NCBI GenBank assembly: GCA_017441845.1
Contig: JAFRVB010000008.1
Location: 46,143 to 110,142, forward strand
Origin: Bacilli bacterium
GTDB lineage: Bacteria; Bacillota_I; Bacilli_A; RF39; UBA660
Direction: 5' to 3'
Length of the DNA stretch: 64,000 bases
Shown: positions 52,968 to 63,270 of the stretch, one piece after another
Layout of the letters: each line of letters opens with the position of its first letter
Numbering within the stretch: position 1 is the first letter of the stretch
The notes under the pieces: generated by a model
Seen by the model: only the letters and a program-made list of their open reading frames with translations
Databases searched by the model: none
What the model was told of the DNA's origin: nothing
Program-made: the position numbers and the translations under genes

Positions 52968-55133
52968 CTATAATATGTGTAAAGGATTAAAGTCAATATC
53001 TATTTTAATATCTTTATTATTTTTATAATGATTATTTATTTTAATTAAGATATCTTTAATATCATTAATATCTTTATATTTAATAATAATAGAATATCTA
53101 TATACATTATTAATCTTATATAGAATAGATGGACTAGGTCCTAGAATAATAGAATTAATATTACGTTCTAAACTTCTTTTAATTTTATTAGCTTCAGTAT
53201 TAGTAATAATATTATCTTTACCACTAATTCTTATATAACAAAGATAATAATATGGAGGATATTTAAGTATTCTTCTAATTTTCATTTCTTCGTTATAGAA
53301 ATCTAAATAATTATTAAGAGAAGCATACTTAATCGCATAATGATCTTTATTAAATGTTTGAATATAAACAGTACCTGATTTTTCAGAGCGACCTGCTCTA
53401 CCACTAACTTGATTTAGTAAAGAGAAAGTATTAAATGATGAATTATAATCAGGTATATTTAATGAAGTATCTGCATTAATTACTCCTACTAATGTAACAA
53501 GTGGAAAATCTAATCCTTTAGAGACCATCTGAGTACCTAATAAAATGTCATATTCATGATTTTTAAATGAATTAATCATCTTCTCATGAGATCCTTTCCT
53601 ACTAGTAGTATCATAATCCATTCTAAGTACTTTTGCATCTACTAATTTTTCTAATTCTTCTTCAATCCTCTGAGTACCTACACCCAAATCATTAATAGAA
53701 GTTTCTCCACATGAAGGACACTTACTAGGTTTAGAATCACCATATCCACAATAATGACATCTCATAGTATTACTACTCTTATGATAAGTTAAACTAATAT
53801 CACAATTAGGACATTTAAATGTATAACCACAATTCTTACAAGTTACAAAGGAAGCATATCCTCTTCTATTTAGTAAAAGGATAACTTGTTCTCCTAAAGA
53901 TACCTTTTCTCTAATCGTATTAATTAACTCTAAAGAGAAATGTCCACTAGCTCTTCTGATTTCTTTATTCATATCAATTATCTTTACTTCAGGTAGACTT
54001 CTTCCATTAACTCTTTCCATTAATTCAAGTAAATGAAATACACCTTTTTTAGCACGAGCCATAGCTTCTAAGGAAGGAGTAGCAGAACCAAATACTACTT
54101 TCGCATTATGATACTCTGATCGAATAAGAGCTACTTCTTTAGCGTTATATCGAGGATTAGATTCACTCTGTTTATAAGAGTCTGAATGTTCTTCATCTAC
54201 TATTATTACTCCAATATCTTTAAGTGGTGCAAATACAGCACTTCTTGCTCCTATCACAATAGATACTTCACCCTTCATAATTCTTCTGTATTCATCATAT
54301 CTTTCACCATCAGATAAAGCTGAATGAAGAGCTGCGATTCTTTTACCAAAACGAGCTACAAATCTATTGATTAATTGCGTAGTTAAACTAATTTCAGGAA
54401 CCAACATTAAAGCAGTTTTACCCTTCTTTAAGTAATAATCAATTAATTCCATATATATTTCAGTCTTACCACTACCAGTAACACCATATATTAAAGATGG
54501 TTTTAAATCCTTATAATTAATTATCTCATCATAAATATCTTTTTGTTTAGGAGTTAATTTATGTATAACTCTCTCAGTATCAGAATAATTTAATCTATAA
54601 GCTTCTCTTTTATCTTCAATTAATACACCTTTATTTAATAAAGTATTTAAACTACTAATACTGATATCTTTTAATTTATCTCTTTTAACAAAATCATTCT
54701 TACATAAATCTATTATTAATTTCTGTTTATCATTAAATTTATAAGTACTTAAATCTATATCATTAACTTTATAATAATATTCATATTTCTTATTAATATT
54801 AGAATTAACTTTAGCTTTTAAAGCTTTAGGTAACATTACTTGATAACAAGATATTAAAGTAGATAAAGTTTTATCTTGTACTACTTTACCTAACTCTAAT
54901 AATTCATCTGTTAAAACAATATCTTTATCTATAATATTACTAATATCTTTTAAATTATCTAATTCACTTGTGTTTTTAACAGCCAAAACAAATCCATTGA
55001 CTATTCTTCTACCAAATGGAACTTCTACTCTAATACCAACTTTTATATCATTAATAAATTTACTTGGTACATTATAATCAAAAGTTTTATCAACGTTACT
55101 ATTACTAATTTCAACTAAAACTTCCGCAATCAT
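52968..55133 (-). CDS. priA: Primosomal protein N' (replication restart helicase)
   Basis: GVTGSGKTEIY, DEEH, zinc-binding CKNCG..CPNC..C.YCG..CPSCG, GTQM..KG.DF. Confidence 0.95.
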   Translation of the reverse strand: MIAEVLVEISNSNVDKTFDYNVPSKFINDIKVGIRVEVPFGRRIVNGFVLAVKNTSELDNLKDISNIIDKDIVLTDELLELGKVVQDKTLSTLISCYQVMLPKALKAKVNSNINKKYEYYYKVNDIDLSTYKFNDKQKLIIDLCKNDFVKRDKLKDISISSLNTLLNKGVLIEDKREAYRLNYSDTERVIHKLTPKQKDIYDEIINYKDLKPSLIYGVTGSGKTEIYMELIDYYLKKGKTALMLVPEISLTTQLINRFVARFGKRIAALHSALSDGERYDEYRRIMKGEVSIVIGARSAVFAPLKDIGVIIVDEEHSDSYKQSESNPRYNAKEVALIRSEYHNAKVVFGSATPSLEAMARAKKGVFHLLELMERVNGRSLPEVKIIDMNKEIRRASGHFSLELINTIREKVSLGEQVILLLNRRGYASFVTCKNCGYTFKCPNCDISLTYHKSSNTMRCHYCGYGDSKPSKCPSCGETSINDLGVGTQRIEEELEKLVDAKVLRMDYDTTSRKGSHEKMINSFKNHEYDILLGTQMVSKGLDFPLVTLVGVINADTSLNIPDYNSSFNTFSLLNQVSGRAGRSEKSGTVYIQTFNKDHYAIKYASLNNYLDFYNEEMKIRRILKYPPYYYLCYIRISGKDNIITNTEANKIKRSLERNINSIILGPSPSILYKINNVYRYSIIIKYKDINDIKDILIKINNHYKNNKDIKIDIDFNPLHIL

Positions 55134-55193
55134 AAGAACCCTCCATATAAAAAGATGTATTACTACATCTTATTATAATAAAATTTCTCTAAA

Positions 55194-56186
55194 TTATCTA
55201 TTAGTAACACCAATTAATTTCGCATGAACTACTTTTCTACCTTTATTATCATCAGTACAAGTAGATAATGTAATTATTTGATCACTACCATTAACATTAA
55301 CATTATATTTCTGTTTACTCTTATTTTTTAATCTTTTCACAAAGACATCAAACTCTGTATTATCATTAAATGATACTTGTAAATAATCTACTATAGGAGG
55401 ACTATAATAATTAGAAAATATCTCATAAATATATTTCTTGTTATCCATCAAAACAATAATCATATGATTACTACTATTATACCATTTCTTAGTAAATACT
55501 CTCGCTATAGTACCAAAAGAAGTACCATTAAGTAAATTATGTCCATAGAAAATAGTATTCTTATCATTTAGATTATGATTTCGATAATCCATAAATACCC
55601 ATCCATTCCTATTATAAGTTCTATTAAATGAATGGTTTAAATAATAATCATTATTACTACTCTTAACTACAGGATAATTAATATTAGTACCATCAACAGC
55701 TATCCAAGCTACTGTATTAGAATTAACTTTTCTTAAATTATTAAAATTAACATCACTTAATCTAGTAGCCCCAAACTTATAAAAAGAATAATTACCTAAT
55801 ACACTATCATATTTATCTTCTTTCTTAATACGATCATTATTCTCTTTCTTATCTTCTTTTTCTTCTTCATCTGTTTTATCATTCTTTTCAATTGAAGTAG
55901 TACCCTCATCTAATTTAACAGTATTACTAGGAGAATAAATAATACCAAAAATAGTAGTAAAACTAAATATATAAATTACTATTAAAAATAATGTTTCTGG
56001 TTTTCCCCTCTTATATAGATTATCTATAGTTTTATCAAATTTATTTCTAAATATTTTATTAAAAATTTTCACAATAAAAATACTAATACTATAAAAACCA
56101 TTACTAATAGTATTAACTATGAATAAAAATCCATTAATTGTAGTCTCAAATATATAAGAAAAAAATCTTTTCATCTTATTCACCAT
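55194..56186 (-). CDS. srtB: Class B sortase with an extended N-terminal region
   Basis: VAWIAVDGTNINYPVV..NNDYYLNHSF..GWVFMDYRN..NTIFYGHNLLNGTSFGTI..IITLSTCT. Confidence 0.8.
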   Translation of the reverse strand: MVNKMKRFFSYIFETTINGFLFIVNTISNGFYSISIFIVKIFNKIFRNKFDKTIDNLYKRGKPETLFLIVIYIFSFTTIFGIIYSPSNTVKLDEGTTSIEKNDKTDEEEKEDKKENNDRIKKEDKYDSVLGNYSFYKFGATRLSDVNFNNLRKVNSNTVAWIAVDGTNINYPVVKSSNNDYYLNHSFNRTYNRNGWVFMDYRNHNLNDKNTIFYGHNLLNGTSFGTIARVFTKKWYNSSNHMIIVLMDNKKYIYEIFSNYYSPPIVDYLQVSFNDNTEFDVFVKRLKNKSKQKYNVNVNGSDQIITLSTCTDDNKGRKVVHAKLIGVTNR

Positions 56187-56490
56187 CTTTATTATTAATA
56201 TTTCCTTCTAAAGGAATAGTCTTAATAATAGTAGGTAAGTCTGATTCTATTTCCATAACTTTAGGAATATTAATACTAGAGATAGTCTTTCCTTCTAGTA
56301 TCTCCTCTTCACTAATAATAACTTTACTTAAAGCTTTATTAACTTCTGCTTCATACTGTGCATCTATTTCTTTTTTGTCTTCTTTTTTCTTTTTACCATT
56401 CTTAATATCTATTATATTTATAATAATACCCGTAATAAAAGAAAGAATAACAATGATAACTAATATAATTAATTCAATCTTAATTAACAT
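56176..56490 (-). CDS. Small N-terminally anchored protein (104 aa)
   Basis: TM segment at the N-terminus. It overlaps the sortase start by 11 nt. Confidence 0.4.
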   Translation of the reverse strand: MLIKIELIILVIIVILSFITGIIINIIDIKNGKKKKEDKKEIDAQYEAEVNKALSKVIISEEEILEGKTISSINIPKVMEIESDLPTIIKTIPLEGNINNKDGE

Positions 56491-56585
56491 AATACTCCTC
56501 CTTTTATCCTATACATAATCATTATACAACAGGTATACATTATTTTAAAGATTTGAGACATATCAAAGTGTAAAGAAAAGAAGGA

Positions 56586-58712
56586 TTAAACTAAAGTTAA
56601 ATATCCTCCTTGAGTTGTTGGCTTAGCCATACTTACATCAACAATACTTGAATTAAAGTTAGGTAAGTTACCACAATTATAAAACATTCTAGAAGAAGCG
56701 GTAACATTACTAACATCCCATAAATTTGATATTTTAATCTGTCTTACTTTACTACATCCATCAAACATAAATGCCATATCTGTTACATTAGATGTATCAA
56801 AACTACTTAAATCTAAACTAAGTAATTCCATATCCTTTACATATCCAGTAGTATTATTAGGAGCACCAAACATAGATCTCATATCTGTTACATTGGATGT
56901 ATTAAAACTAGACACATTAAGAGTTTTTAATTCAGTACAATATTCAAACATACTCTCCATCGTAGTTACATTAGATGTATCAAAGTTATCTACTTTTAAA
57001 GTTGTTAAACTGCTACAACCACAAAACATATCTGACATATCAGTTACATTACCTGTATTAAAACTATTTAAATTCAAAGATGTTAAACTGTTACAATGAT
57101 AAAACATATCTGACATATCAGTTACTCTGCTTGTATTAAAGTTTCTTATATCGAGACTTATTAAACTACTACAATTACGAAACATATCTGACATATTGGT
57201 TACACTACTTGTATTAAAGTTGGTTACATCTAAACTTGTTAAACTACTACAGCCATTAAACATATAATTCATTTTTGTTACATTACTTGTATTAAAGTTG
57301 GTTACATCTAGACTAATTAAGTTCCTACAATTATAAAACATATCTTGCATATTTGTTACATTACTTGTACTAAAGTTTGTCAAATTGAGACTTGTTAAAC
57401 TACTGCAACTATCAAACATATATGACATATCTGTTACATTATCTGTATTAAAGTTGGTTACATCTATACTTGATAGACTACTACAATTATAAAACATATG
57501 TGACATATTTGTTACATTATCTGTATTAAAGTTGGTTACATCTAAACTTGTTAAACTTCTACAACCATTAAACATAGACGACATATTGGTTACATTGTTT
57601 GTATTAAAGTTGGTTACATCTAAACTTGTTAAACTTCTACAACCATTAAACATAGACGACATATTGGTTACATTGTCTGTATTAAAATTTGTTACATCAA
57701 GACTAATTAAGTTCCTACAATTATAAAACATATTTGACATATTTGTTACATTGTCTGTATTAAAGTTCGTTACATTTAGACTTGATAGACTACTACAATT
57801 ATAAAACATATAATCCGTCCTTATAGTATTACTGATATTAAAATTAGTTATATCTAAGCTTGTTAAACTACTACAATTTAAAAACAAAGATGACATAGAA
57901 GTCGCATTAATAGTATTAAAGTTAGATACATTAAGACTAGTTAATCCACTACAATTAGAAAAAACTGATGACATATTTGATACGCTAATTGTATTAAAGT
58001 TTGAAAGATCAAGATTTGTTAAGTTTTCACAACTAGAAAACATATATAACATGCTTGTTACTTGACTTGTATTAAATGATAATAAATTCAAATTTGTTAA
58101 ACTACTGCAATAATAAAACATTCTATCCATTTCTGTGACTTTTGATGTATCAAAGTATTCTAAACCATTTATAGAAGCTAGTTTTGATGTTTTACCAGAT
58201 TTATAACTAAAAAACATAGAATCCATACTAGTTACTTTTGATGTATCAAAATTATTATTAAAGTTTATTTCTTCACATTCCATAAATTGATTAAACATAT
58301 AACTTGAATTAGTATTTCCTACTACATCTCCGTCTGATCCTATGTAAAGTTTATAGAAACCACTATTACTCGGATCATCTATTATCCATGCCATAACTTT
58401 TCCAGTATTTGGATTTATTGATACATCCCATGTCTCCACTGCATTTTCCGGTATGTTCTTATTATCTAAAAAATCTACTGATTTAATTTTATCTTTATAT
58501 GTTGAATTATGAAAATCGTCAGAAGAAGTAGAAGACCATCTCATTATCATATTACCAGGATCTTGTACATACTCAACATCTCCAGCAATATTCAAATTTT
58601 GATTTAAAGCACCAAAACCTACACTTACTAGTGTAGTTAAAAAGCATAGTATCGATATAGATACTGTTATATAGAATTTATAACTATTTATATATTTTTG
58701 TAATTGTTTCAT
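56586..58712 (-). CDS. BspA-type / 26-residue-repeat (DUF285-like) leucine-rich repeat surface protein
   Basis: About 18 units of the form FxxCxSLTSLDVTNFNTxNVTNMSxM. The leader ...LVSVGFGALNQNLNIAGDVEY is shared with the 780-aa protein. No sorting signal. Confidence 0.8.
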   Translation of the reverse strand: MKQLQKYINSYKFYITVSISILCFLTTLVSVGFGALNQNLNIAGDVEYVQDPGNMIMRWSSTSSDDFHNSTYKDKIKSVDFLDNKNIPENAVETWDVSINPNTGKVMAWIIDDPSNSGFYKLYIGSDGDVVGNTNSSYMFNQFMECEEINFNNNFDTSKVTSMDSMFFSYKSGKTSKLASINGLEYFDTSKVTEMDRMFYYCSSLTNLNLLSFNTSQVTSMLYMFSSCENLTNLDLSNFNTISVSNMSSVFSNCSGLTSLNVSNFNTINATSMSSLFLNCSSLTSLDITNFNISNTIRTDYMFYNCSSLSSLNVTNFNTDNVTNMSNMFYNCRNLISLDVTNFNTDNVTNMSSMFNGCRSLTSLDVTNFNTNNVTNMSSMFNGCRSLTSLDVTNFNTDNVTNMSHMFYNCSSLSSIDVTNFNTDNVTDMSYMFDSCSSLTSLNLTNFSTSNVTNMQDMFYNCRNLISLDVTNFNTSNVTKMNYMFNGCSSLTSLDVTNFNTSSVTNMSDMFRNCSSLISLDIRNFNTSRVTDMSDMFYHCNSLTSLNLNSFNTGNVTDMSDMFCGCSSLTTLKVDNFDTSNVTTMESMFEYCTELKTLNVSSFNTSNVTDMRSMFGAPNNTTGYVKDMELLSLDLSSFDTSNVTDMAFMFDGCSKVRQIKISNLWDVSNVTASSRMFYNCGNLPNFNSSIVDVSMAKPTTQGGYLTLV
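57531..57686 (-). repeat. Two tandem 78-nt units differing at 1 nt, inside the LRR array
   Basis: 57531-57608 and 57609-57686 are identical except for cattgtttgt vs cattgtctgt. Each encodes one 26-aa LRR unit. Confidence 0.9.
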
Positions 58713-58791
58713 AGTTATAATCTCCTAGTTTAATTATAATACAGAGTGTTGGTTTTTTATATAAATACACTAATATTAGTTTTTTACTTTA

Positions 58792-58815
58792 CAAAAAAAG
58801 ATGCATAAGCACCTT
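58792..58815 (-). terminator. Terminator after rseP
   Basis: agatgc-ataa-gcacct (one G.U pair), with A7 on plus upstream. Confidence 0.5.
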
Positions 58816-59871
58816 TTAAAATAACTTAATAACATCACTTACTGTAATGACGAGCATTAATAGAAGTAATAGCATCATACCTATCATATGAATTTTAGCT
58901 TCTATTTCTGGAGGTACTGGTTTACCACCTCTTAGTACTTCAATGATTATGAATACTATATGTCCTCCATCAAATGCTGGTAAAGGAAGTAAATTAATAA
59001 ATCCTACATTTATACTTAAGAAAGCAACCAAGTATAATAGATTTTGAATACCTGATTCTTTTTGTTGTCCTACTATTGAGTATATTCCTACTGGACCAGA
59101 TAATTGTTTTAAACTTATATGACCTGTGAATAAGTATTTAACTGTAATACCCATTTGTCTACATAAACTTATTCCTTTTTCTACCATGTATTTAGCACTA
59201 GCTATAATACCATGTGTTTCTTCTTGTTGCATTGTTATACCATAAATATAAACTTCATTTCCATTCATTTTAGTCTTTTTAGGCATAACTCTATATGTTG
59301 CTTTTTCTCCAGATTTTTTAATAACATCTATTTCTGTTTTTTTCTTATGATCAGATACTGCTAGATAGATAGAAATATCATCACTAGTTTTAATTTTATG
59401 ACTATCTATATAAGTAATTTTATCTCCTGCAGTAATACCTGCTGCTTGAGCAGCACCACCATCTAATACATCTGTAACTACTGGCTTTAGAGTAGTTCCT
59501 CCCCAGATTAAAGCAATTAAGAATAAAAGTAAGAATGCTGAAATAAAGTTATTACCTGCTCCAAAGAACATTATTAAGAATCTTTGGAATGGTGTTTTTG
59601 ATTGTAATCGTTTCTTTTTAGGTACTTTCTTTAATTCATCACCTTCGACATCTTCTCCAGCCATAGCACAGAATCCACCTATTGGTATAGCTCTTAAAGA
59701 ATATTCTGTTTCTTTACCCTTTTTAGACCATAATTTAGGACCCATACCAAGCGCAAATTCATAAACATATACTCCACATATCTTAGCCCAAGTAAAATGT
59801 CCTAATTCATGTACAAATACTATAAATCCTAATATTAAAATAAACAGTAATATATTAACAAGTATCTCCAT
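58816..59871 (-). CDS. rseP: RIP zinc metalloprotease (site-2 protease, M50) with a PDZ domain
   Basis: HELGHF near the N-terminus, a central PDZ-like segment, and LLPLPAFDGGH near the C-terminus. Confidence 0.9.
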   Translation of the reverse strand: MEILVNILLFILILGFIVFVHELGHFTWAKICGVYVYEFALGMGPKLWSKKGKETEYSLRAIPIGGFCAMAGEDVEGDELKKVPKKKRLQSKTPFQRFLIMFFGAGNNFISAFLLLFLIALIWGGTTLKPVVTDVLDGGAAQAAGITAGDKITYIDSHKIKTSDDISIYLAVSDHKKKTEIDVIKKSGEKATYRVMPKKTKMNGNEVYIYGITMQQEETHGIIASAKYMVEKGISLCRQMGITVKYLFTGHISLKQLSGPVGIYSIVGQQKESGIQNLLYLVAFLSINVGFINLLPLPAFDGGHIVFIIIEVLRGGKPVPPEIEAKIHMIGMMLLLLLMLVITVSDVIKLF

Positions 59872-59884
59872 GTAAGTTCACCCC

Positions 59885-60685
59885 TTATATCAAATCAATC
59901 AATAATACATATGCGATAACAACAAATAAGAAACTATCAAGTCTATCTAATACTCCTCCATGTCCAGGTATTAAATTACCAAAATCTTTTTGATCAAAAT
60001 ATCTCTTAATATTAGAGAATACTAAGTCTCCACATTGACCAATTATTGATAATAATAAAGTAACTAAAATTATATAAATAATATTAATACTACTATTAAT
60101 AACAGTTATATAGAATGCTACTCCTACAAAAGTTCCCATTAAAGAACCACCAACACTTCCCTCAATAGTCTTTTTTGGACTAATAGCAGGACATAATTTA
60201 TGCTTACCTATTAATGCTCCAGTAAATAAAGCAAATGTATCAGTAACAATAGTAATTGCTAATAAATATAATAAATAATTAATATCTTGATTTCTAGTTA
60301 GAATAATCATATTGAAACTTAATCCAATAAACATAACTGCTCCAACTAAATATAAAGCATCCATAATACTATATCTATCGTTATCATTAAAGAAAATTAC
60401 AGGTAACATAAACATAAACATCATAATAGCAATCATCTGATAACTAATTATATGATTAGAACTAAATAACATAGTATTATTCAAACATAAAGTAATAACA
60501 CATAAATAAGATAATATCTTCATAATAAGAGGATATCTATTCTTTTTATCTTTAATATGAATCATCTCATATAAAGCTAAAACTCCTAATATAGAGAAAA
60601 AAACTCTAAAAGGAACTCCTCCTAAATATAAGAATGGTATAAATACAATAGCGATTAATATCGCACTAATAATTCTAGTCTTCAT
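59885..60685 (-). CDS. cdsA: Phosphatidate cytidylyltransferase
   Basis: Polytopic membrane protein with S..KR....KD.G.LIPGHGG.LDR.DS. Confidence 0.9.
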   Translation of the reverse strand: MKTRIISAILIAIVFIPFLYLGGVPFRVFFSILGVLALYEMIHIKDKKNRYPLIMKILSYLCVITLCLNNTMLFSSNHIISYQMIAIMMFMFMLPVIFFNDNDRYSIMDALYLVGAVMFIGLSFNMIILTRNQDINYLLYLLAITIVTDTFALFTGALIGKHKLCPAISPKKTIEGSVGGSLMGTFVGVAFYITVINSSINIIYIILVTLLLSIIGQCGDLVFSNIKRYFDQKDFGNLIPGHGGVLDRLDSFLFVVIAYVLLIDLI

Positions 60686-61389
60686 TAGTTTCCTCCAAAT
60701 CTTCTATTTCTATCATTAAAATCATCTATAGCTTTATCAAATTCATCACTATGAAAATCAGGGAAATAAGTCCTTGTAAAATAAAACTCTGCATAACTTA
60801 ACTGATATAACATAAAATTACTAAGTCTTAATTCTCCACTAGTTCTAATTAAGAAATCTACATCTGGTAAATCATTATATAAATTTTTTCTTATTAATTC
60901 TTCATCTATATCATCTAAACTAATTTTATTATCTTTGTATAATTCAGATATTTTTTTAGTCATATCAACTATCTCACTACGAGAACCATAATTTAAACAT
61001 ACATTTAAGACTAATCCAGTATTATCCTTAGACTCTTCTTCTATACCTCTCATAGCTTTTAAAACTTTGTCTGATAGTGGTTTTTCTCTACCAGAAAAGA
61101 CTATTCTAATATTATTTTTTAATATTTGATCAAATTCATTATTAAACATTTCAATAAATAAATTCATTAGAAAATCTACTTCAGTTTTAGTTCTTTTAAA
61201 ATTTTCAGTAGAAAAAGCATATACTGAAGCATATTTTATACCTAAATCATTCATATGAAGTGCTAATTCTTTTAAAGTATTAGCTCCCTCTCTATGTCCA
61301 TCAGTTCTAGGTCTTCCTTTTTCAGTAGCCCACCTACCATTTCCATCCATTATAATTCCAACATGAGTTGGTAGTTTTCTTTCTTCCAT
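60685..61389 (-). CDS. uppS: Isoprenyl transferase (undecaprenyl-diphosphate synthase)
   Basis: HVGIIMDGNGRWA, YAFSTENFKR, IRTSGE.RLSNF.LYQ..YAE. The start is set to ATG 61389, after GAGGA. Confidence 0.9.
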   Translation of the reverse strand: MEERKLPTHVGIIMDGNGRWATEKGRPRTDGHREGANTLKELALHMNDLGIKYASVYAFSTENFKRTKTEVDFLMNLFIEMFNNEFDQILKNNIRIVFSGREKPLSDKVLKAMRGIEEESKDNTGLVLNVCLNYGSRSEIVDMTKKISELYKDNKISLDDIDEELIRKNLYNDLPDVDFLIRTSGELRLSNFMLYQLSYAEFYFTRTYFPDFHSDEFDKAIDDFNDRNRRFGGN

Positions 61390-61456
61390 AATAACCATCC
61401 TCAAGATTTATTATACACTAATAAACAAGAAAAAGAAACAGACTTGACGCTTAGTA

Positions 61457-61481
61457 CAAAAAAAATACACTTAATGTGTAT
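61457..61481 (-). terminator. Terminator after the KH-domain gene
   Basis: atacac-ttaat-gtgtat, with A8-9 on plus upstream. Confidence 0.6.
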
Positions 61482-61482
61482 C

Positions 61483-61731
61483 TTAAAATTTATCAATATT
61501 TATCTTAACGTATTTATTATCTTGTAATGCTGAAGCAGCTTGTACTAAAGTTCTAATTGCATTAGCACTTCTTCCACTCTTACCAATAACTCTACCCATG
61601 TCTTCATCAGCAACCATCACTTGAATTAACATAGTTTTATCATCTTCTGAATCGAATTCTTTAACACTAACAGCATCCTCGTCGACAACAATACTTTTAA
61701 CTAAATATTCTGTTAACGCTATTAAATCCAT
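61483..61731 (-). CDS. KH-domain RNA-binding protein (YlqC/UPF0109)
   Basis: VA.EDMGRVIGKSGR.A.AIRT.V. Conserved position directly after rpsP. Confidence 0.85.
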   Translation of the reverse strand: MDLIALTEYLVKSIVVDEDAVSVKEFDSEDDKTMLIQVMVADEDMGRVIGKSGRSANAIRTLVQAASALQDNKYVKINIDKF

Positions 61732-61732
61732 A

Positions 61733-62008
61733 TTACTTATCCTTCTTTACTCTAGAATCAGCAAATTTCTTCATGATTCCATTTTTACTAAATAAATTTC
61801 TAACTGTATCAGTAGGAATTGCTCCTCTTTCTAACCATTTCAAAGCAACTTCTTCGTTGATTTTAACTTTACTATCATTAATTGGTTCATAAGTACCTAT
61901 TAATTCAATATATTCTCCATCTCTTTTTCTACGAGAATCAGTTGCTACGATTCTATAAAAAGGTCTTCCTTTAGCACCCATTCTAGTTAATCTTAATTTT
62001 ACTGCCAT
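61733..62008 (-). CDS. rpsP: 30S ribosomal protein S16
   Basis: [35 protein letters not shown]. Confidence 0.95.
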   Translation of the reverse strand: MAVKLRLTRMGAKGRPFYRIVATDSRRKRDGEYIELIGTYEPINDSKVKINEEVALKWLERGAIPTDTVRNLFSKNGIMKKFADSRVKKDK

Positions 62009-62035
62009 GTTCTCCCTCCTTCCAAATTCACATAT

Positions 62036-62064
62036 ATTATATTATACAATTAAATACATGTCAA
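62036..62064 (-). promoter_or_regulatory. Consensus sigma-A promoter of rpsP
   Basis: On minus: TTGACA (62059-62064), 17 nt, then TATAAT (62036-62041). A GGAAGGAGGGAG RBS follows. Confidence 0.75.
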
Positions 62065-62078
62065 CCATTTATTGTTAA

Positions 62079-62112
62079 CAAAAAAACAAGCTACATTTTA
62101 AGTACAGCTTGT
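62079..62112 (-). terminator. Terminator overlapping the end of the 280-aa gene
   Basis: acaagct (62086-62092) / agcttgt (62106-62112), with an A-run at 62079-62086 on plus. Confidence 0.5.
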
Positions 62113-62933
62113 CCTTGTTCTACTGATACATCAGCAGTATTTACCATATCTTGAGCATTTTCTCTAGCATTCATTCTTTCTCTAAGTTTTTCTGCTTTTA
62201 CTTTAGCTATCGCAATAGCTCTAGCTCCTTTAATAAATGACTTACCATCCATCTTATCTAATACTTCTCTACCTTTTTGAGCTTTGTGTCTATAATAAGA
62301 AACTCTTGCTTCTCTTACCTTCTCAACCATAGTAGAAACAATATTATCAGAGTTCTTAGAGGCATCTATTCTATCTTGAATAACCTCAGCTTTAGTCTCA
62401 TCTTCAGCAACTTTAGCTTGTTGTTTCATCATACCTCTACTCTTAAGTTTATCTAATCTATTCTTAGCTATAATGATAGATCTTTGTCTCTTACCAATCT
62501 TAAGACTCTTCTTATAAAGTTTTCTTAATTCTTGTTCTTTATATTGTATCTTAGATTGAATAATCATTCTTTCTGTAGAATCAGTAGTCTTTTTATATTC
62601 TTCTTCTAACTGTTGAACTTCTTGTCTTATCTCATCACTCTTCTCATCTATTTCAGATAATTTTTGACTATTATGAGTAGAAATAACACCATCCATATTT
62701 AAATCACTTAAATCTTTAGCTTTACTTACTTCAGCAATCTTTTGTTTTACACGTTCTAATTCCATAGTAAGTTCAGCTTTTCTATTCTCTACACTATTTA
62801 TAAATGATTTTTGTTTAGCAAGACCATTACTGATATACTCTAATTCATTAACTAAATCTTTAACATATCTATTTAAACTATCTAGATATATTCTTTGAGT
62901 AGTCTCAAAACCACTTTCAGTATTATCTAACAT
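62091..62933 (-). CDS. Coiled-coil hypothetical protein (280 aa)
   Basis: K/E/Q-rich heptad-like sequence throughout. No TM segment. Confidence 0.45.
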   Translation of the reverse strand: MLDNTESGFETTQRIYLDSLNRYVKDLVNELEYISNGLAKQKSFINSVENRKAELTMELERVKQKIAEVSKAKDLSDLNMDGVISTHNSQKLSEIDEKSDEIRQEVQQLEEEYKKTTDSTERMIIQSKIQYKEQELRKLYKKSLKIGKRQRSIIIAKNRLDKLKSRGMMKQQAKVAEDETKAEVIQDRIDASKNSDNIVSTMVEKVREARVSYYRHKAQKGREVLDKMDGKSFIKGARAIAIAKVKAEKLRERMNARENAQDMVNTADVSVEQGQAVLKM

Positions 62934-63223
62934 TAAGCCTCACCCAAACTTTCAAGATTTTCAGATATAGCCTTATTAACAGCATCCCATTCTGCTTGAT
63001 CACTAATCTCAACTAAATCAAAATCTTCCCCTGATTCAACTATCTTAGAAATATATACTCTCTCATTTTCAGCATCAACTGCTTCACCAAAAGAATACAT
63101 TATATAACTATTTTCACCGTATCCTTCTACTTGAAATATATCATATACTTCAGCTCTATATTTTTTACCCTCATCGTCAGTAACAACGATATGGTTATCA
63201 AACATTTCTTGATTATTATCCAT
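62933..63223 (-). CDS. DUF1292-family small acidic protein
   Basis: VVTDDEGKKYRAEVYDIF.VEG....YIMYSF......E.VYISKIVE.GEDF.L..I.D..EWD.V fits the DUF1292 pattern as I remember it. Confidence 0.6.
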   Translation of the reverse strand: MDNNQEMFDNHIVVTDDEGKKYRAEVYDIFQVEGYGENSYIMYSFGEAVDAENERVYISKIVESGEDFDLVEISDQAEWDAVNKAISENLESLGEA

Positions 63224-63270
63224 CTCTTAACCACCTACTATCCTATATAAATTATATAATGTCTCTTTCT

